Counted from the stretch's first letter, positions 48,495-61,604 are shown. The stretch is DNA of 64,000 nt from Squalus acanthias (GCA_030390025.1 CM059432.1:124684001-124748000), one strand, 5' to 3'. A program made the numbers and translations. The notes: generated by a model from the sequence alone, not told the origin.

Positions 48495-49305
48495 ACAATA
48501 ACAACTTGCATTTATATAGTGCCTTTAATGTAGTAAAACATCCCAAGGAGCTTCACGGGAGTGTTATCCGAACCACATAAGGAGATATTAGCACTGGTGA
48601 CCAAAAGCTTGGTCAAAGAGGTAGGTTTTAATGAATGTCTTAAAGGAGGAAAGAGAGGTAGAGATGTGGAGAGGCTTAGGGAGGGAATTCCACAGCCTAG
48701 GGCCCAGGCAGCTGAAGGCACGGCCGCCAATGGTGGAGCGATTTAAATCGGTGATGTGCAAGAGGCCAGAATTGGAGGAGTGCAGCGATCTTGGAGGGTT
48801 GTAGGGCTGGAGGAGGTTACAGAAATAGGGAAGGACAAGGTCATGGCAGGATTTGAAAACAAGGATGAGAATTTTAAAACTGAGGCGTTGCCACTGTAGG
48901 TCAGCAAGCACAGGAGTGATGGGTGAACGGGACGGAGCGAGTTAGGATATGGGCAATAGAGTTTTGGGTGAGTTCAAGTTTATGGCGGGTGGAAGATGTG
49001 AGGCCGGCAGGAGAGCATTGGAATAGTCAAGTCTAGAGGTAAAGGCAGGTGTGAGGATTTCAGCAGCAAATGAGCTGAGGCAAGTGTGGAGACGGGCAAT
49101 GTTACGGAGGTGGACGTAGGCGAACTTGGTGATGGAGCAGATATGTTGTCGGAAGCTCATCTTGGGGTCAAACAGGACGCCACGGTTGTGAACAGTCTGG
49201 TTCAGCCTCGGACAGTGACCAGGGAGAAGGATAGAGTTGGTGGCTTGGGAACAGAGTTTGTGGCGTGGTCCAAAGCCAATGGCTTCAGTCTTCCCAATAT
49301 TTAGT
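48495..49305 (-). mobile_element. L2 LINE 3' part
   Basis: TSRLDYSNALL, RLSFKILILVFK, GGRAFSCLGPRLWNSLP, FKTFIKTYLF; tail ..TATATAAATGCAAGTTGTT. Confidence 0.9.
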
Positions 49306-49379
49306 TATAATTATCACTTTGTTATAATGGTATTTACACTATTAATTGCTAGACTTGACTTTCTGTGGTGAGTTTAATG

Positions 49380-49725
49380 TGCAAAGTACTTTTGAAGTGT
49401 AGTCACTGTTGTAATGTAGGAAACACAACAGCCAATTCGTGCACAGCAAGGTCTCACAAACGGCATTTAAATAAATGACCAGATGTGTTGGTTGAGGTAT
49501 AAATGTTGGCCAAGATACCGGGAGAACTCCCCTGCTCTTTAAATAGTGCCATGGATCTTTTCTGTTCATCTGAGAGGGCAGATGGGGCCTCAGTTTAATG
49601 TTTCATCTGAAAAATGGCACCTCCGACAGTGCAGCGTAGCTTATGTGCTAAAGTGTCTGGAGTGGGGCTTGAACCTATGACCTTCTGATTCAGATTTGTA
49701 GGAACTGCCACTGAGCCAAGGTTGG
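49380..49725 (-). mobile_element. Deu-SINE, partial
   Basis: Matches 23913-24377. Confidence 0.8.
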
Positions 49726-50464
49726 CAATTGTTAGTAAGATAGTATATTCCAGTCAGTTGGTAGAGAATATTGGAAGTTTTGGAATAAATATCATATTAA
49801 CTAATTGAGAAATTTGAAGTCTCAGCATGTTTAGCTTCCTTTCTATACAATGTATCTTTTTTGTTTTGTATAAAATTGGTACAGTAATGCAGTTTTGCTC
49901 TAACGTGGTAGATTGTGAGTGGAACATTATAATTGTGAGTGGAACATTATAAAGTAAGGCAATTATTCGATGTGAGTTATAATTGCACCTGGTACTTACT
50001 GCTGCTGAAAGTCAGTACATAACAACAACTTACATTTATATAACATCTTTCAGACAATGAAACAACCCAAGATCATTTACAAGAGGGTTGGAAGACATTG
50101 TGCAAAAAGTTAGGGGTAGTGATCGTAGGCACAGGGAAGGAGATAGACTTTTCAAAATGATGAGACCGTAGGAAGGCGGAGTGATGCAGGGGTCTGGAGG
50201 CTGAAGGCTCTGCCACTGATGATTGGGGAAGGGAAAATCCGTACAGTGGGCCAAAGATGGAAAAGCAGAGGGTGTATGCTGGGATGTAGGACTGGAGAAG
50301 ATTACAGAAGTAGGGTGGGATAAGGTTATGGGATTTAGTTTCTAGTCTATCAGTTAAATAACTGAATTTGCTCTTCAACAATGATTTTTTTTTTCAAATG
50401 CTAGTGGCTTAAAGGATAACCGTTCTGATTGGGTTGTGAGGTACATAACAATAGTTAGCTATGG

Positions 50465-50720
50465 TTTTTTATTCGTTCCTGGGATGTGGGCGTCGTTGGC
50501 AAGGCCAGCATTTATTGTCCACCCTAATTGCCCTTGAGAAGATGGTGGTGAGCTGCCGCCTTGAACCTCTGTAGTCCCGTGTAGTGAAATTATTCCCACA
50601 GTGCTGTTAGGGAGGGAGTTCCAGGATTTTGACCCAGTGACGATGAAAGAATGGCGATATATTTCCAAGTCAGGATGGTGTGTGACTTGAAGGGGAACTT
50701 GGGAGGTGATGGTGTTGTGA
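50465..50720 (-). mobile_element. 3' stub of the same LINE family as 38152-38925
   Basis: Shared GGGATGTGGGCGTCG..GCCCTTGAGAAG..GTCAGGATGGTGTGTGACTTG. Confidence 0.85.
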
Positions 50721-51348
50721 TTCAGATCATGTCACATCAGATCTGTCAATTGAGCACGATTAGAAATTAGTTATTGTTACTCAACTCGAGCAGCAAGTTA
50801 GTAAATCCTGAAATGGACATCAGCTTGACCTAGTGCAGTGTTGCTTACTTTTCCAATTACTGCCTTGCTCGAGTGCCACTCTTTGGAAAGCTAAAGCATG
50901 TTGCACCGTGGAGACATAGGTGTGTGCTTGCACTTCCCTGCGTAGGGAGATCCTAATCTAGATTGCTGTGGGCAGGAAAAGAAAAATAAAGTAATGGGTT
51001 AGGGCTAATAATTCCATCTTAATTGGCTCCTTTCACCGGAGAGCAAATAACAGAGGCAACAGCACTGAATTGCAAGCTCCAGAGGTATGTGGAACAGCAA
51101 GTGTGCTTAGGGTGAGGCATGGGCTACTCAATGAGCACCACTGTCTAGCGCTTTCTTGTACACTTTGCCAGGAGTTGTGTCACTACAATGGGTGGAGCTT
51201 GAGTAGGCATACTGTGCTATGCATAGTTTGTGCATGGTGGGTCAATGAACGATCCAGTTTCTCATAATCTGCAGAACTGCTCATTTTCTGCTGTTGGTGG
51301 TAAAGCCCTGCCACAGGAGCCTAATGCCTGAGATTCCTGACTCATTGT

Positions 51349-51462
51349 GGGTAATTCTAACCTAGCCGCCAGTCAGGAAATGGGGGGGTGGGGTTGTCAG
51401 GTGAGTTGCCTGTTACACCCTATCAGATTTTACTCCCCATTGAAGACAGGTTAAAATTACCC
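51349..51462. mobile_element. Tiny Harbinger-type MITE
   Basis: 15-bp TIRs GGGTAATTCTAACCT / AGGTTAAAATTACCC (1 mismatch). Confidence 0.65.
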
Positions 51463-51530
51463 CAATTATGTCTGAAGCCTGTAATTTATAAAGAACATCT
51501 GAACCTTCCCACTGTTCTGATACACTTCTG

Positions 51531-51790
51531 AGAGAAGTCGCACAACACCAGGTTATAGTCCAACAGCTTTATTTGAAATCACAAGCTTTCGGAGCGCTGC
51601 TCCTTCGTTAGGTGAAGTCACCTGATGAAGGAGCAGCGCTCCGAAAGCTTGATCAGGTGACTTCACCTAACGAAGGAGCAGCGCTCCGAAAGCTTGTGAT
51701 TTCAAATAAAGCTGTTGGACTATAACCTGGTGTTGTGCGACTTCTCACATTTGTCCACCCCAGTCCAACACCGGCATCTCCACATCATGG
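51531..51790. mobile_element. Penelope pLTR-only insertion forming a perfect palindrome with three hammerhead units
   Basis: Arms 51532-51626 and 51652-51746 are exact reverse complements with a 25-nt spacer. Same family as 34868-34958. Probable TSD CTGATACACTTCTG / CTGATGCACTTCAG. Confidence 0.9.
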
Positions 51791-52494
51791 CTGATGCACT
51801 TCAGTAGCACCCCATGTACTCTCCTATAGTAAAGTCATCCTATTGTGGTGACAATACCATGTTAACCTATTTTGTGTATTCAAAATAGAGTAACAGATGC
51901 CTGAAAGTGTTGCAAGTCTGTTGGGTTCATGACATTGTAAACTGAGAACAAAGCTCAAGCTGGTTATTAAAGGGGAGAAAACATTATGTAGAATTTTTTT
52001 AATGCCAATTTTCTGTCCTCCTATCCTCAAGGCACTGACTCCATTTTGTAACATGGCTCCACAGGTGCTGAATTCCCTCTCTGGTACCTCACCCAGTGGT
52101 CATTATTCATGTGTTTATGCCTTGATGGTGAGTTTTGGTAGGCCATTTGACTTTGGAGGGCATCATAGCTAAGCCTAGTCCTACCCTCACATGACATCTA
52201 TACATGCATCCTTCCAGGAGAGTTTGATGGATAGTGCTCAGGATCAGGAACATGGTTTTATTCTCCCTAACCCAGGAGGGCAGTGACTCACTAAATAAAT
52301 TGAACCTTTGGGGGGGACACTAGGCAATCCTGTCTGAATACAATACTAGCCCAAGGAAAGTACCTATACTCTATTAGCCTGTATGTTTCGATGCACATGT
52401 TAAAAAAAAATTAAAATTATCGAGTTTAATGTCCTGTAATTTCAGTGCATTGTCTTCTGAATGTGCAGAACCAGTGTTTTGATTCCTCTCTGAA

Positions 52495-52870
52495 AAAAGA
52501 AAGACTTGCATTTATATTGCACCTTTCACGATCTTAAAACATTCCAAACCGCTTTACAGTCAATAAAGTGTAGGAAACGCAGCAGCCAATTTGCACACAG
52601 CAAGGTCCCACAAACAGCAATTTGTTAATGACTAGATAATCTGTTTTTAGGTGTTGGTTGAGAGGTAGATATTGGCCAAGATACCAGGCAGAACTCCCCT
52701 GCCCATCTTCAAAATAGTTCCATGTAATCCTTTACGTCCACCTGAGAGGGCAAACGGCTTTGGTTCAACGTCTCATCCGAAAGACGACACCTCCAACAGT
52801 GCAACACTCCGACAGTGCAGCACTGGAGTGTCGGCCTAGCTTTTGTGCTCAAGTCCCTGGAGTGGGACCT
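52495..52870 (-). mobile_element. Deu-SINE lacking most of its head
   Basis: Matches 23913-24320. Confidence 0.82.
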
Positions 52871-54077
52871 GGCGATGCTCTGATGTATGTTGGTGGGTAG
52901 GGAGGAAAGAAAAAGAGAGGGGCCTCTGTGTCCTGTCGCAGCTTCATACACTTGTGTGAGAGTTGGTGCTGCAGAATAACACCACTGTCATTTTAGTGCT
53001 GGAAATCTTTCATCAACCCTGATGCTGCCTGGAAACAGCATATTGTGTGTTGTCCTTTTTTAAAAATTGCATTCTTGCAGACTGTATCCTCAGGATATGA
53101 CCATATACTTTATAAGAGAGAGGTTATGACCTAATTTTTCACGCTTGAACACAACAGGCATAGTCTGGTTTTGAAGGAACTGGCTTCCAAATGTTATTGA
53201 CACATCACTACTAAAAGAAGCATTTATGAGCTTACACATCCACTCTGGCCTGCTGCATGATCCTTTACCAGTAAAGAAAATAAATCCCCATGACATGGAT
53301 GTTTCATGTAACCTGTTCACTGTAATTGTGCATGCCATGCCATTGCATTTTCAGGTAGGATGAGCTGCATATGTTGGAAATCCCTGAATTGTTTTCCGTT
53401 TTCCCCAAACTTTAATTTATTATTAAAATTACAGAACTTGCACAGTAACCCTTTAGTTTTCAGGACTTAATTGCAGGGTTTTTCTTAATCAGGTTGAGTT
53501 TATTTGGGAAGGTACATTCATTGCGCAGTGGAGTGATTCACACAATCGAAACATGAAAGTGGTACATGCACATGAATTATCACTGGGCAATAGATGCTGT
53601 CTGTATAGCATTCCAGAATTGGTATAGAAGTGAGACAAAAATTTCCAAAGCTTGTACCTTCCCGTAGAACTTCTTGCTGGTTAATTGAGTCCCAGGTGTT
53701 TTCATTTGTGAAAGATTCCTAATGGCAAAGTGGAGTCTGTTTTAACTGCACTCAGGACAATCAGGGTATGTGCACCCAGTATAATATACTTTGGGAGCAA
53801 CAGCAAGTTTTGCCATGTCCAACTTGGCTGTAGAAATAGTCCTGCTTGGTTTTCACTGTACCTTGCTCACCCCTAGAGGTTCAGAAATTGGCCTTTGTGA
53901 ATTCATACCATAGACCACCATCACTGATCAGATGTGTAGTGTATCTACAATCGATAAAAGAAATAAAAACTGGAATATCCGTTCATTCCGAAAAGATTAA
54001 TAGTGTGGTGTCTTGGATATAATCTGTATTAGAAACATAATTCTGCATTTGTTGACAACATGGTGATTTTATTGCAG

Positions 54078-54117
54078 GTTTAAAGAAAATAGAGAAGATG
54101 AAATTTGGTTAGTAGAT
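54078..54117 (+). CDS. TMX3: TMX3 coding exon 3 (FKENREDEIWLVD)
   Basis: Acceptor TTTTATTGCAG, donor GTAAGT, 40 nt, phase 2 in and 0 out. Matches TMX3 FKENRNDDIWLVD, which directly precedes FYAPWCGHC. Confidence 0.95.
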
Positions 54118-54786
54118 GTAAGTATGGACTTCCTTTTCCTTTTTTAAAATTTAAAAACAAAATGCAGCACGCTTAATGCTGCCATAATTTTAGTGAACAT
54201 TTTCCAATGCAGCTATTTACTTCCGACTGCATCCACCACCAAAAATAACACGACAGTTGATGATGATCTTTAGAGGATTAAGAGTAGCTTGTTTTTCAGT
54301 TAGATGCTTGTGTTGTTTATACAGGGCACACGTGTGTGAGTGAGTGAGTGTCTGATTCATCTTTAACATAACATCAGAGTAACATTGTGATGTATATAAA
54401 GTTATGAAAAGGTACATACTGCTTTTATAAAATGTGAATGGATAGCAGTCCAGTAATCTTATCCCAAAGTTAAAACCTATAAAAAAAATCATATATTATT
54501 TGTATTTCTCAGACAGTAACCAGTTCAGTTTACTCCTGAGAAAACTATTTATGCTGGATGTTACTGCCTGTTGAAACCACAGTTGAAGAGGAATGGTTGC
54601 GATTATGTTTTATTTCTTAGGTTGCATAACCGTGCAAATGGGGACAGCTGCCTCAAAATTGACACCGATGGTTGTTAAAACTGACCTAGAGCAGTTGTTT
54701 TTGGCTATGAATAAGCAGATCACAAATTTTCCATATTCTAATGCATGCATCAGCAAATGATGGTTAACGGTTTGCATACAAGGTAT

Positions 54787-54943
54787 GGAGTAGAAATTCG
54801 TCTCGGGCAGTGGCGCAAGACCTATACCTTGTACAACTGATTAAAGTGACTGCAAGGGAACTGAATAACAGGCTCTGTGTATAACGAGCAGCCGATCCAG
54901 TACCGCCCACTTTGCGCCACTGCCCGAGACACATTTCTAGGCC
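54787..54943. mobile_element. 157-bp MITE
   Basis: 32-bp imperfect TIRs containing a perfect 19-bp GTCTCGGGCAGTGGCGCAA inverted repeat; right end ATTTCTAGGCC. Confidence 0.8.
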
Positions 54944-55284
54944 CTGGTGTTTTTAGTGATAATGTCTGGGAAAGAATTTTATAGGCAAAAGAAGATGATG
55001 TGTTTTCTTCTGGATTGGTATAGTGTTGGGATGCAGACGTAGCAGTTCTTGCATTCTTGGCATAAATTTGGAAGACTGGTGTAAGCGCTAGCAGTCTTTT
55101 AATACTGCCCCAATCTATCATTGTGTAGAGTAGAGATTCCCCAAAGTTTTTTTTGCTGTGCTGCATTCATGGCTCCAAGTTCCTAAGGAAAATTAAGAGG
55201 ATTTCATTTTCGCAGCTAATATAAACATATTGCTTAAGACAGAAAGCAACATAAATAGCAGTGCTACCCAACAGGCTCATCCTA

Positions 55285-55405
55285 CTCACTGAGACAAAGT
55301 TGAGTCATCAAGTTTTTGTTTGTGTTCAAGATTATTCAGTAGCATAGTATCATTACTATACTACGAACATAAGACAACTTGATGACTCATCTTTATCTCA
55401 GTGAG
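55285..55405. repeat. Inverted repeat, 30-bp arms with 2 mismatches
   Basis: CTCACTGAGACAAAGTTGAGTCATCAAGTT (55285-55314) / AACTTGATGACTCATCTTTATCTCAGTGAG (55376-55405). Confidence 0.85.
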
Positions 55406-56389
55406 AAGAATAAATATGTTTGCTAGTGCAGAATTTGTAGAATTGTTTTGATTTTTGGAGAGTTTCAACCTCAAATCAGTCTCTACATTCAAGAGGCTTC
55501 TATGCTTGTTTTATGATGTAAGTAAGCAAAGAACAACCCAATTGACGCAGGTACATTGAAGCAAAGTGAATAAGTATTTCTCTCGGACAATTCAGGAGCT
55601 CTTTTCGAATTGAGAGCCAGAACTGATCAAGAGGAATGACTTTAAAATTATCTCTCAAAATCTAGTCACCAGCAGTGTCAATCACGGCAATCTTGGCCTT
55701 TGCTACAAAGTCCTCTGAAAACAGATTTCAAAATAGAGGTAAATCCTGCAATTAATTTTGCCTCTTTTGGGAAAATATTTGCTGAATTTTCTGTAAAGTT
55801 GAGATGAATGTTCCAGAATTATATCTTTAACTTCTAGGACTTCAGTCCATAATGACAGAGGACAATATTGGGAACATAGGTACATTATCTTGCAGCACAT
55901 AGCTATTCCATAGAATAAGTTCTTTTGGCAAAATCTGTAATTTTTAGTGCATAATGAAAATATTATAGTTCTTGCCTTGCAAAAAAACAAGAAGTTCATT
56001 GGGCTTGTTAAATATGTCAGCTAAATAGCCGAGCAAAACATGGTCGAGGAAGTGATGATTCAGAGTCGCTCAAATGTGCGACATTCCTCCCCGAGTTCAC
56101 AGATTGTTGCCAGAATTTACCATATGACGACCATCAAACGTGTGTGAAGCAGAAGTTGCCAGTGTAACAATCCCATCTCTTCACAGCACTGAGAAGAGGC
56201 GTGAGTTCAATGGTCGAACTTTGAGGTTGCTAGTCAGCAACCTTTCTTCCGCACACTGTCGATGCCATTTCAATCGCTGCTGGCACTAGAAGCCTTTCAC
56301 CAATTGTATGAGACTTTAAACTTCTTGCTATTTGATATGCGACAGTGTAGGATGCTTCAAGTGCATTGGCAGAGGTATTGCGTAGTATT

Positions 56390-57985
56390 TACAGCACAGA
56401 AACCGGCTATTCGGTCCAACTGGTCCATGCTGCTGTTTCTGCTCCGTACGAGCCTCTTCCCACCCTTTTTCATCTAACCCCAACAACATATCCTTCTATT
56501 CCTTTCTCTCTTGTGTTTATCTAGCTTCCCTTTAAATGCACCTATGCTAGTCGCCTCAACTACTCCTTATGGTAGGTAGCGAGTTCCACATTATAAACAC
56601 TCTCTGGGTAAAGAAGTTTTTCCTGAATTCCCTATTGGATTTATTAGTGACTATCTTATACTTATGGCCCCTAGTTCTGGTCTATTTCTCTTGTAGACTG
56701 GTCAAGCAGGCATTCAGACTGTACTACAATCATAGAATGGTTGCAGCACAGAAGGCGGCCATTTGGCGCATCAAGCCCGTGCCAGCTCTCTGCAAGAGCA
56801 CCTCAGCTAGTCCCTTTCCCTGTAGCCCTGCAAATTTTTTTCCTTCAGGTACTTATTCAATTCCCTTTTGAAAACCACGATTGAGTCTGCCTCCACCACT
56901 CTTTCAGGCAGTGCATTCCAGATCCTAACCACGCGCTGCGTAAATAAGTTTTTCCTCATGTCGCCTTTGGTTCTTCTGCCAATCACCTTAAATCTGTTTC
57001 CTCCGGTTCTCGACCCTTCTACCATTGGGAACAGTTTCTCTCTGTCTCGACCCCTCATGATTTTGAGCACCTCTATCAAATCTCCTCTCGACCTTCTCTG
57101 CTCTAAGGAGAACAACCCCAGCTTCTCTAGTCTATCCACGTAACTGAAGTCCCTCATCCCTGGAATCATTCTCGTAAATCTTTTCTGCACCCTCTAAGGC
57201 CTGCATATCCTTCCTAAAGTGCGGTGCCCAGAATTGGACACAATACTCCAGTTGAGGTCGAACCAGTGTTTTATACTGGTTCATCATAACTTCCTTGCTT
57301 TTGTACTCTATTTATGAAGCCCAGGATCCTGTATGCTTTTTTTTAAACCACTTTCTCAACCTGCCCTGCCACCTTCAACGATTTGTGCACATATACCCAC
57401 AGGTCTCTCTGTTCCTGCACTCCCTTTAGGATTGTACCCTTTAGTTTATATTACCTCTCCTCGTTCTTCCTACCAATATGTATCACTTCGCACTTTTCTG
57501 CGTTATATTTCATCTGCCACGTGTCCGCCCATTTCACCAGCCTGTCTATGTCTTCTTGACGTCTATCACTATCCTCCTCACTGTCCACTATACTTCCAAG
57601 TTTTGTGTCATCTGCAAATTTTGAAATTGTGCCCTGTACATCCAAGTTATTAATATATATCAAGAAAAGCAGTGGTCCTAGTACCGACCCCTGGGGAACA
57701 CCACTGTATACCTTCCTCCAGTCTGAAAAACAACCGTTCACCACTACTCTGTTTCCTGTCACTTAGCCAATTTCGTATCCATGCTGCCACTGTCCCTTTT
57801 TATTCCATGGGCATCAAATTTGCTGGCAAGCCTATTTGGCACTTTATCAAACGCCTTTTGGAAGTCCATGTACACCACGTCAACCGCATTGCCCTCATCA
57901 ACCCTCTTTGTTACCTCATCAAAAAACTCGATCAAGTTAGTTAAACACTGTTTGCTTTTAACAAATCCATGCTGGCTTTCCTTAA
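56390..57985 (-). mobile_element. Two CR1 fragments (about 56390-56680 and 56730-57985)
   Basis: QKRFTRMIPG..WNALP and [17 protein letters not shown] on the minus strand; two separate 3' tails. Confidence 0.88.
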
Positions 57986-59158
57986 GTACTTAAGTGAGAT
58001 ATGGCTGTTTTTTAATAGGATCCCACTTTGCAGTCAGCTTTTGCAAATTATCTGTCACTTGTTTGCCCCAGAGTAAATTGGATGTAATTAGTAAGTAAAG
58101 GAGTTGAATACATCATTTGTCTGCCCACTGTTCACTTTGTCTATCACTTGCAGTGATTTGATTACTGTTTGCCTTTAAGATAGCTTCCCTGTAAAGGATG
58201 ATATCAATTAAGTGAACATCATTAATACTAACATTCATAAGGTTGATGATGAAAGGTGAGAAATAAAATCGGACCAAGATAATTTCCAGAGTAAGCTTTA
58301 AGTAGATTTTGTGGTAAGACGGGCTCCCATTTATAACGAGCTGCAGGACTCCTTGAAAACAGGCCATCATCTGGAAAATGTGCGTTCCCCGCTAGTAGTG
58401 TAGGTTGCTGCGACCAGGTGGCGCTTGGGATGGTTTAAAGTTGCACCCTTGTAGTTTTTAATGAACCTGTTTCAGTATGGTGGGGCACTCCCTGATCCTG
58501 ATATCGCTGGAGCGGCCTAGCAGGGAGGAAGCTATCCTATTTGAGAGTTTCCATACCAGAAGGCAAATTGACATTTTAAAAAATCATCAAATTTCGACAT
58601 AGTTTCTTCCATAAAATGCAGAGTAATTGTACACTACACTACAGACTATGAATGAAAATTCCCAAGTAGTTTGAATAAAAACTTCCTTCTACATTTGATG
58701 ATGTCAGAATTCCTAATTTAATTGTAGCCTTACAATTCCCCCCCCCCCCCCCCCCGTGCTTCAATTATTCTGTTTAATGTGTAAGATATTGTTAAACATG
58801 TGATTGTAGAGAGCCTCGAGTGTTACCGATTGTTTTCTTCTAGCCATCTTGTATTGGTCACTTGATCAGTCACATTCGGAGAGTCGAGTGCAGAAAAACA
58901 GTTATATTGTTCCCCAGTCCACCTGTACATCCAGGCCTCCCCATCAGCCTGCGAGCAATGCTGTGGGATATTCCCGTACTTTCAGTGAATAATAAATGTT
59001 TACAACTGTCTTCGCAAAAGTATAATAATAATAAAAGGAGTCGATGTGCATCATTAGTTGCATTCTTTCCAATTTCTTGATTGATGTACCCGCTGTCGAT
59101 GCTTGTTGATACGGAGAGAAGATGATGTGTTCCCTGCACCAAATGAAAAATGTAGCTA

Positions 59159-61506
59159 CAGGAAACTCTTTGGTATCCGGCACCGACGGGACCGGGGTGG
59201 TGCCGGTTGAATAAAAATTCCGGCTGACGGAGAGGGTTATCTACCGAGGCTATTTTTAACAAACAAAAATAAAAAAATCAAGAAATGTGCAGTATACAGT
59301 AATTGGGTACTCACCTACAGAATGTTGTGTTAAATGGATGGTGGAAGATGCTTGATTAAGTACAGTACTGCCAGTTGAGGGTAATCCATAACTCTTTAAT
59401 TACTTAACAGTAAAACAAAACTTATAAATGACTGTATACAGTACTGTAGTTGACTGTACACTTATTCCAAGTCAGCTGGTTCATCAGGATTATCCATGCC
59501 AGCTGGGTCATCAGGATCATGCACTTCCACAGATTCTTCAGGCACTTCCGCTGCTTCAACTCTTTTGGAAGCTTTCTTAAACATGTCCCGGATGTCTGCT
59601 TGCTTAGTGGACTCTTGCCTTTTCTGTAGAATATGGAGGTGCATAACTTCTTGGGCAGAGTAGCAAGGCTGCCTTTCAGCAAATTGGAGGATTGAAGCAA
59701 ATCCTTCTGCAGCTTTAGCCCAAGAAATCATCATCTCTTCAGAAATCTCATCCTCTTCACTTTCCATCTCACTTTCCTTTTCTTTCTTTGGATTCAAAAC
59801 ATTCTCAATTATTTCATCATCACTTAGCATATGCACAACACCAACTATCTGCATCAACCCACTGCTCGATATCACTTTCACTGAGGTGACGTAGAGGGTT
59901 TGCTGGGCCTACATTTTTTCACCATGCCAGCCATTTCCATTATTATACTCTTCTTGGGACAAACATTGAACCCATGAAATTCCTCCTCTGAAGAAGAACC
60001 TTCAGCAAACATTACAGAAGGCCACAATTTGCGCCAGGCTTGCCTCAGAGTGTGACCTTTCACCAAGTTCCAGGAACATGCAACATTATAGATGGCATCT
60101 TTACAATTGTATTCCTTCTGAAATGCGTGAATATTGTCATCTTGGTTTATCAGTTTACGTAGGAAGTCTTTCTTGTAATGACACTTCAAATTTTGGATAA
60201 CGCCCTGGTCCATGGGTTATATGAGAGAAGTTACATTTGGTGGCAAATAAATGGTGAAAATATTTCCCGAAACCAACTCGGATTCATGCGGATGGGCTCT
60301 ACAATTATCAAGCAATAAAATGCATTTGCTATCTTCAGGTTTCCCTATTTTACGGAAATGTTCCCTCACAGATGGAACAAAAATATGATGGAACCAATAC
60401 GAAAAGATTTCCTTATCCATCCAAGCATTTTTTTGAGCTTTGTACTCAACAGGTAAGTGCCTCACATTTTTAAATGCACGGGGATTTTTATACTTCCCAG
60501 TAACAAGAAGTTTAACCCGGTGTGATCCAGCAGCATTTGCACATGTTAGCACGGTTACACGATCTTTATTTTTCTTGTAACCTGAAGCATTAGCCTCACT
60601 AGCCCCAGCAAGCGTTGATTCTGGCAAAAACCTCCAAAATAAGCCAGTTTCATCGGCATTATATATCTGTGCTGGCGACAAATCATGTTGCTGCACAATC
60701 CGATTGAAATAATCGCAGTATTCTTCTGCGGCGTCGTGATCAGCTGATTTCTTCTCCCGGGAAATATCGAGTCGTCGTATCCCGTGCCGTAACTTGAAGC
60801 ACGTTAGCCATCCCTCAGAGAAAGCACACTTGTCAGTGAGCTCCATCCTTACGTAGAAATCCTTCGCTTTCTCGATTTAGCATGGGTCCGGAAAGTGGAA
60901 CACCCTCTGAACGCTTAAGAGAAAACCACTCATAAAGCACGGTATCCAGCTCTTCAAGCTTAGGCTTACGAAGCATACGCCGTTTCTCTACACTCTTAGA
61001 TGTCTCCGAGCTTGAATAAAACTTGAGCAGCTTATCCTTCTGCGATTTGATGTCGTAGATTGTTGACGAACCGATTTTGAATTCATTCATAATGTTGATA
61101 CGCTTCTCTCCCCTTTCTAGTCGTTGGCATATCTCGATTTTCTGTTTTAAAGTTAACACCACTCTTCCTTTGCTTGGACCAACTTTTGGGAATTCCATAA
61201 TGCAAGATGGGGGAGATAATTCACGATAAAGATGGAGAGACACACAGAAAAATGGTGGATCAGAAGAGACTACCGGCAGCGCGGGAGAATCAGACTCCTG
61301 TTATTGCGGTGTTCGGACTTCCGACAGCGCCAGGAAGCCGAGTAGTGGCACTTTGGAGAACTACCCCCACTGACTAACTCGGCGTTCGCAGGAGATTCGG
61401 ACTCGGCAACATTGCCGGTTATTGAGGAGTTGTTTTCGGAGTATGAATTTTGCCGGTTAATAAAGAATTCTGGATATTTAGGTGCCGTTTAAACGAGAGT
61501 TTCCTG
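59159..61506 (-). mobile_element. Full-length Tigger/pogo DNA transposon (2348 bp)
   Basis: 26-bp imperfect TIRs CAGGAAACTCTTTGGTATCCGGCACC / GGTGCCGTTTAAACGAGAGTTTCCTG, with TA on both sides (59157-59158, 61507-61508). Confidence 0.93.
59462..61198 (-). pseudogene. pogo/Tigger (Jerky/TIGD-like) transposase, disrupted
   Basis: CENP-B-type HTH ([30 protein letters not shown]); catalytic [23 protein letters not shown] with 32 residues between the 2nd and 3rd Asp. Frameshifts near 60875 and 59910, stop at 60219-60217. Confidence 0.92.
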
Positions 61507-61604
61507 TACATCTGTCTCACCAGAACTAAAGTATGTTAAATGATCCGGTATTAAAGCGTGTTAATTTGACTCACTGATTCTGTTGGGCATGGTAATGAGG
61601 GGCG

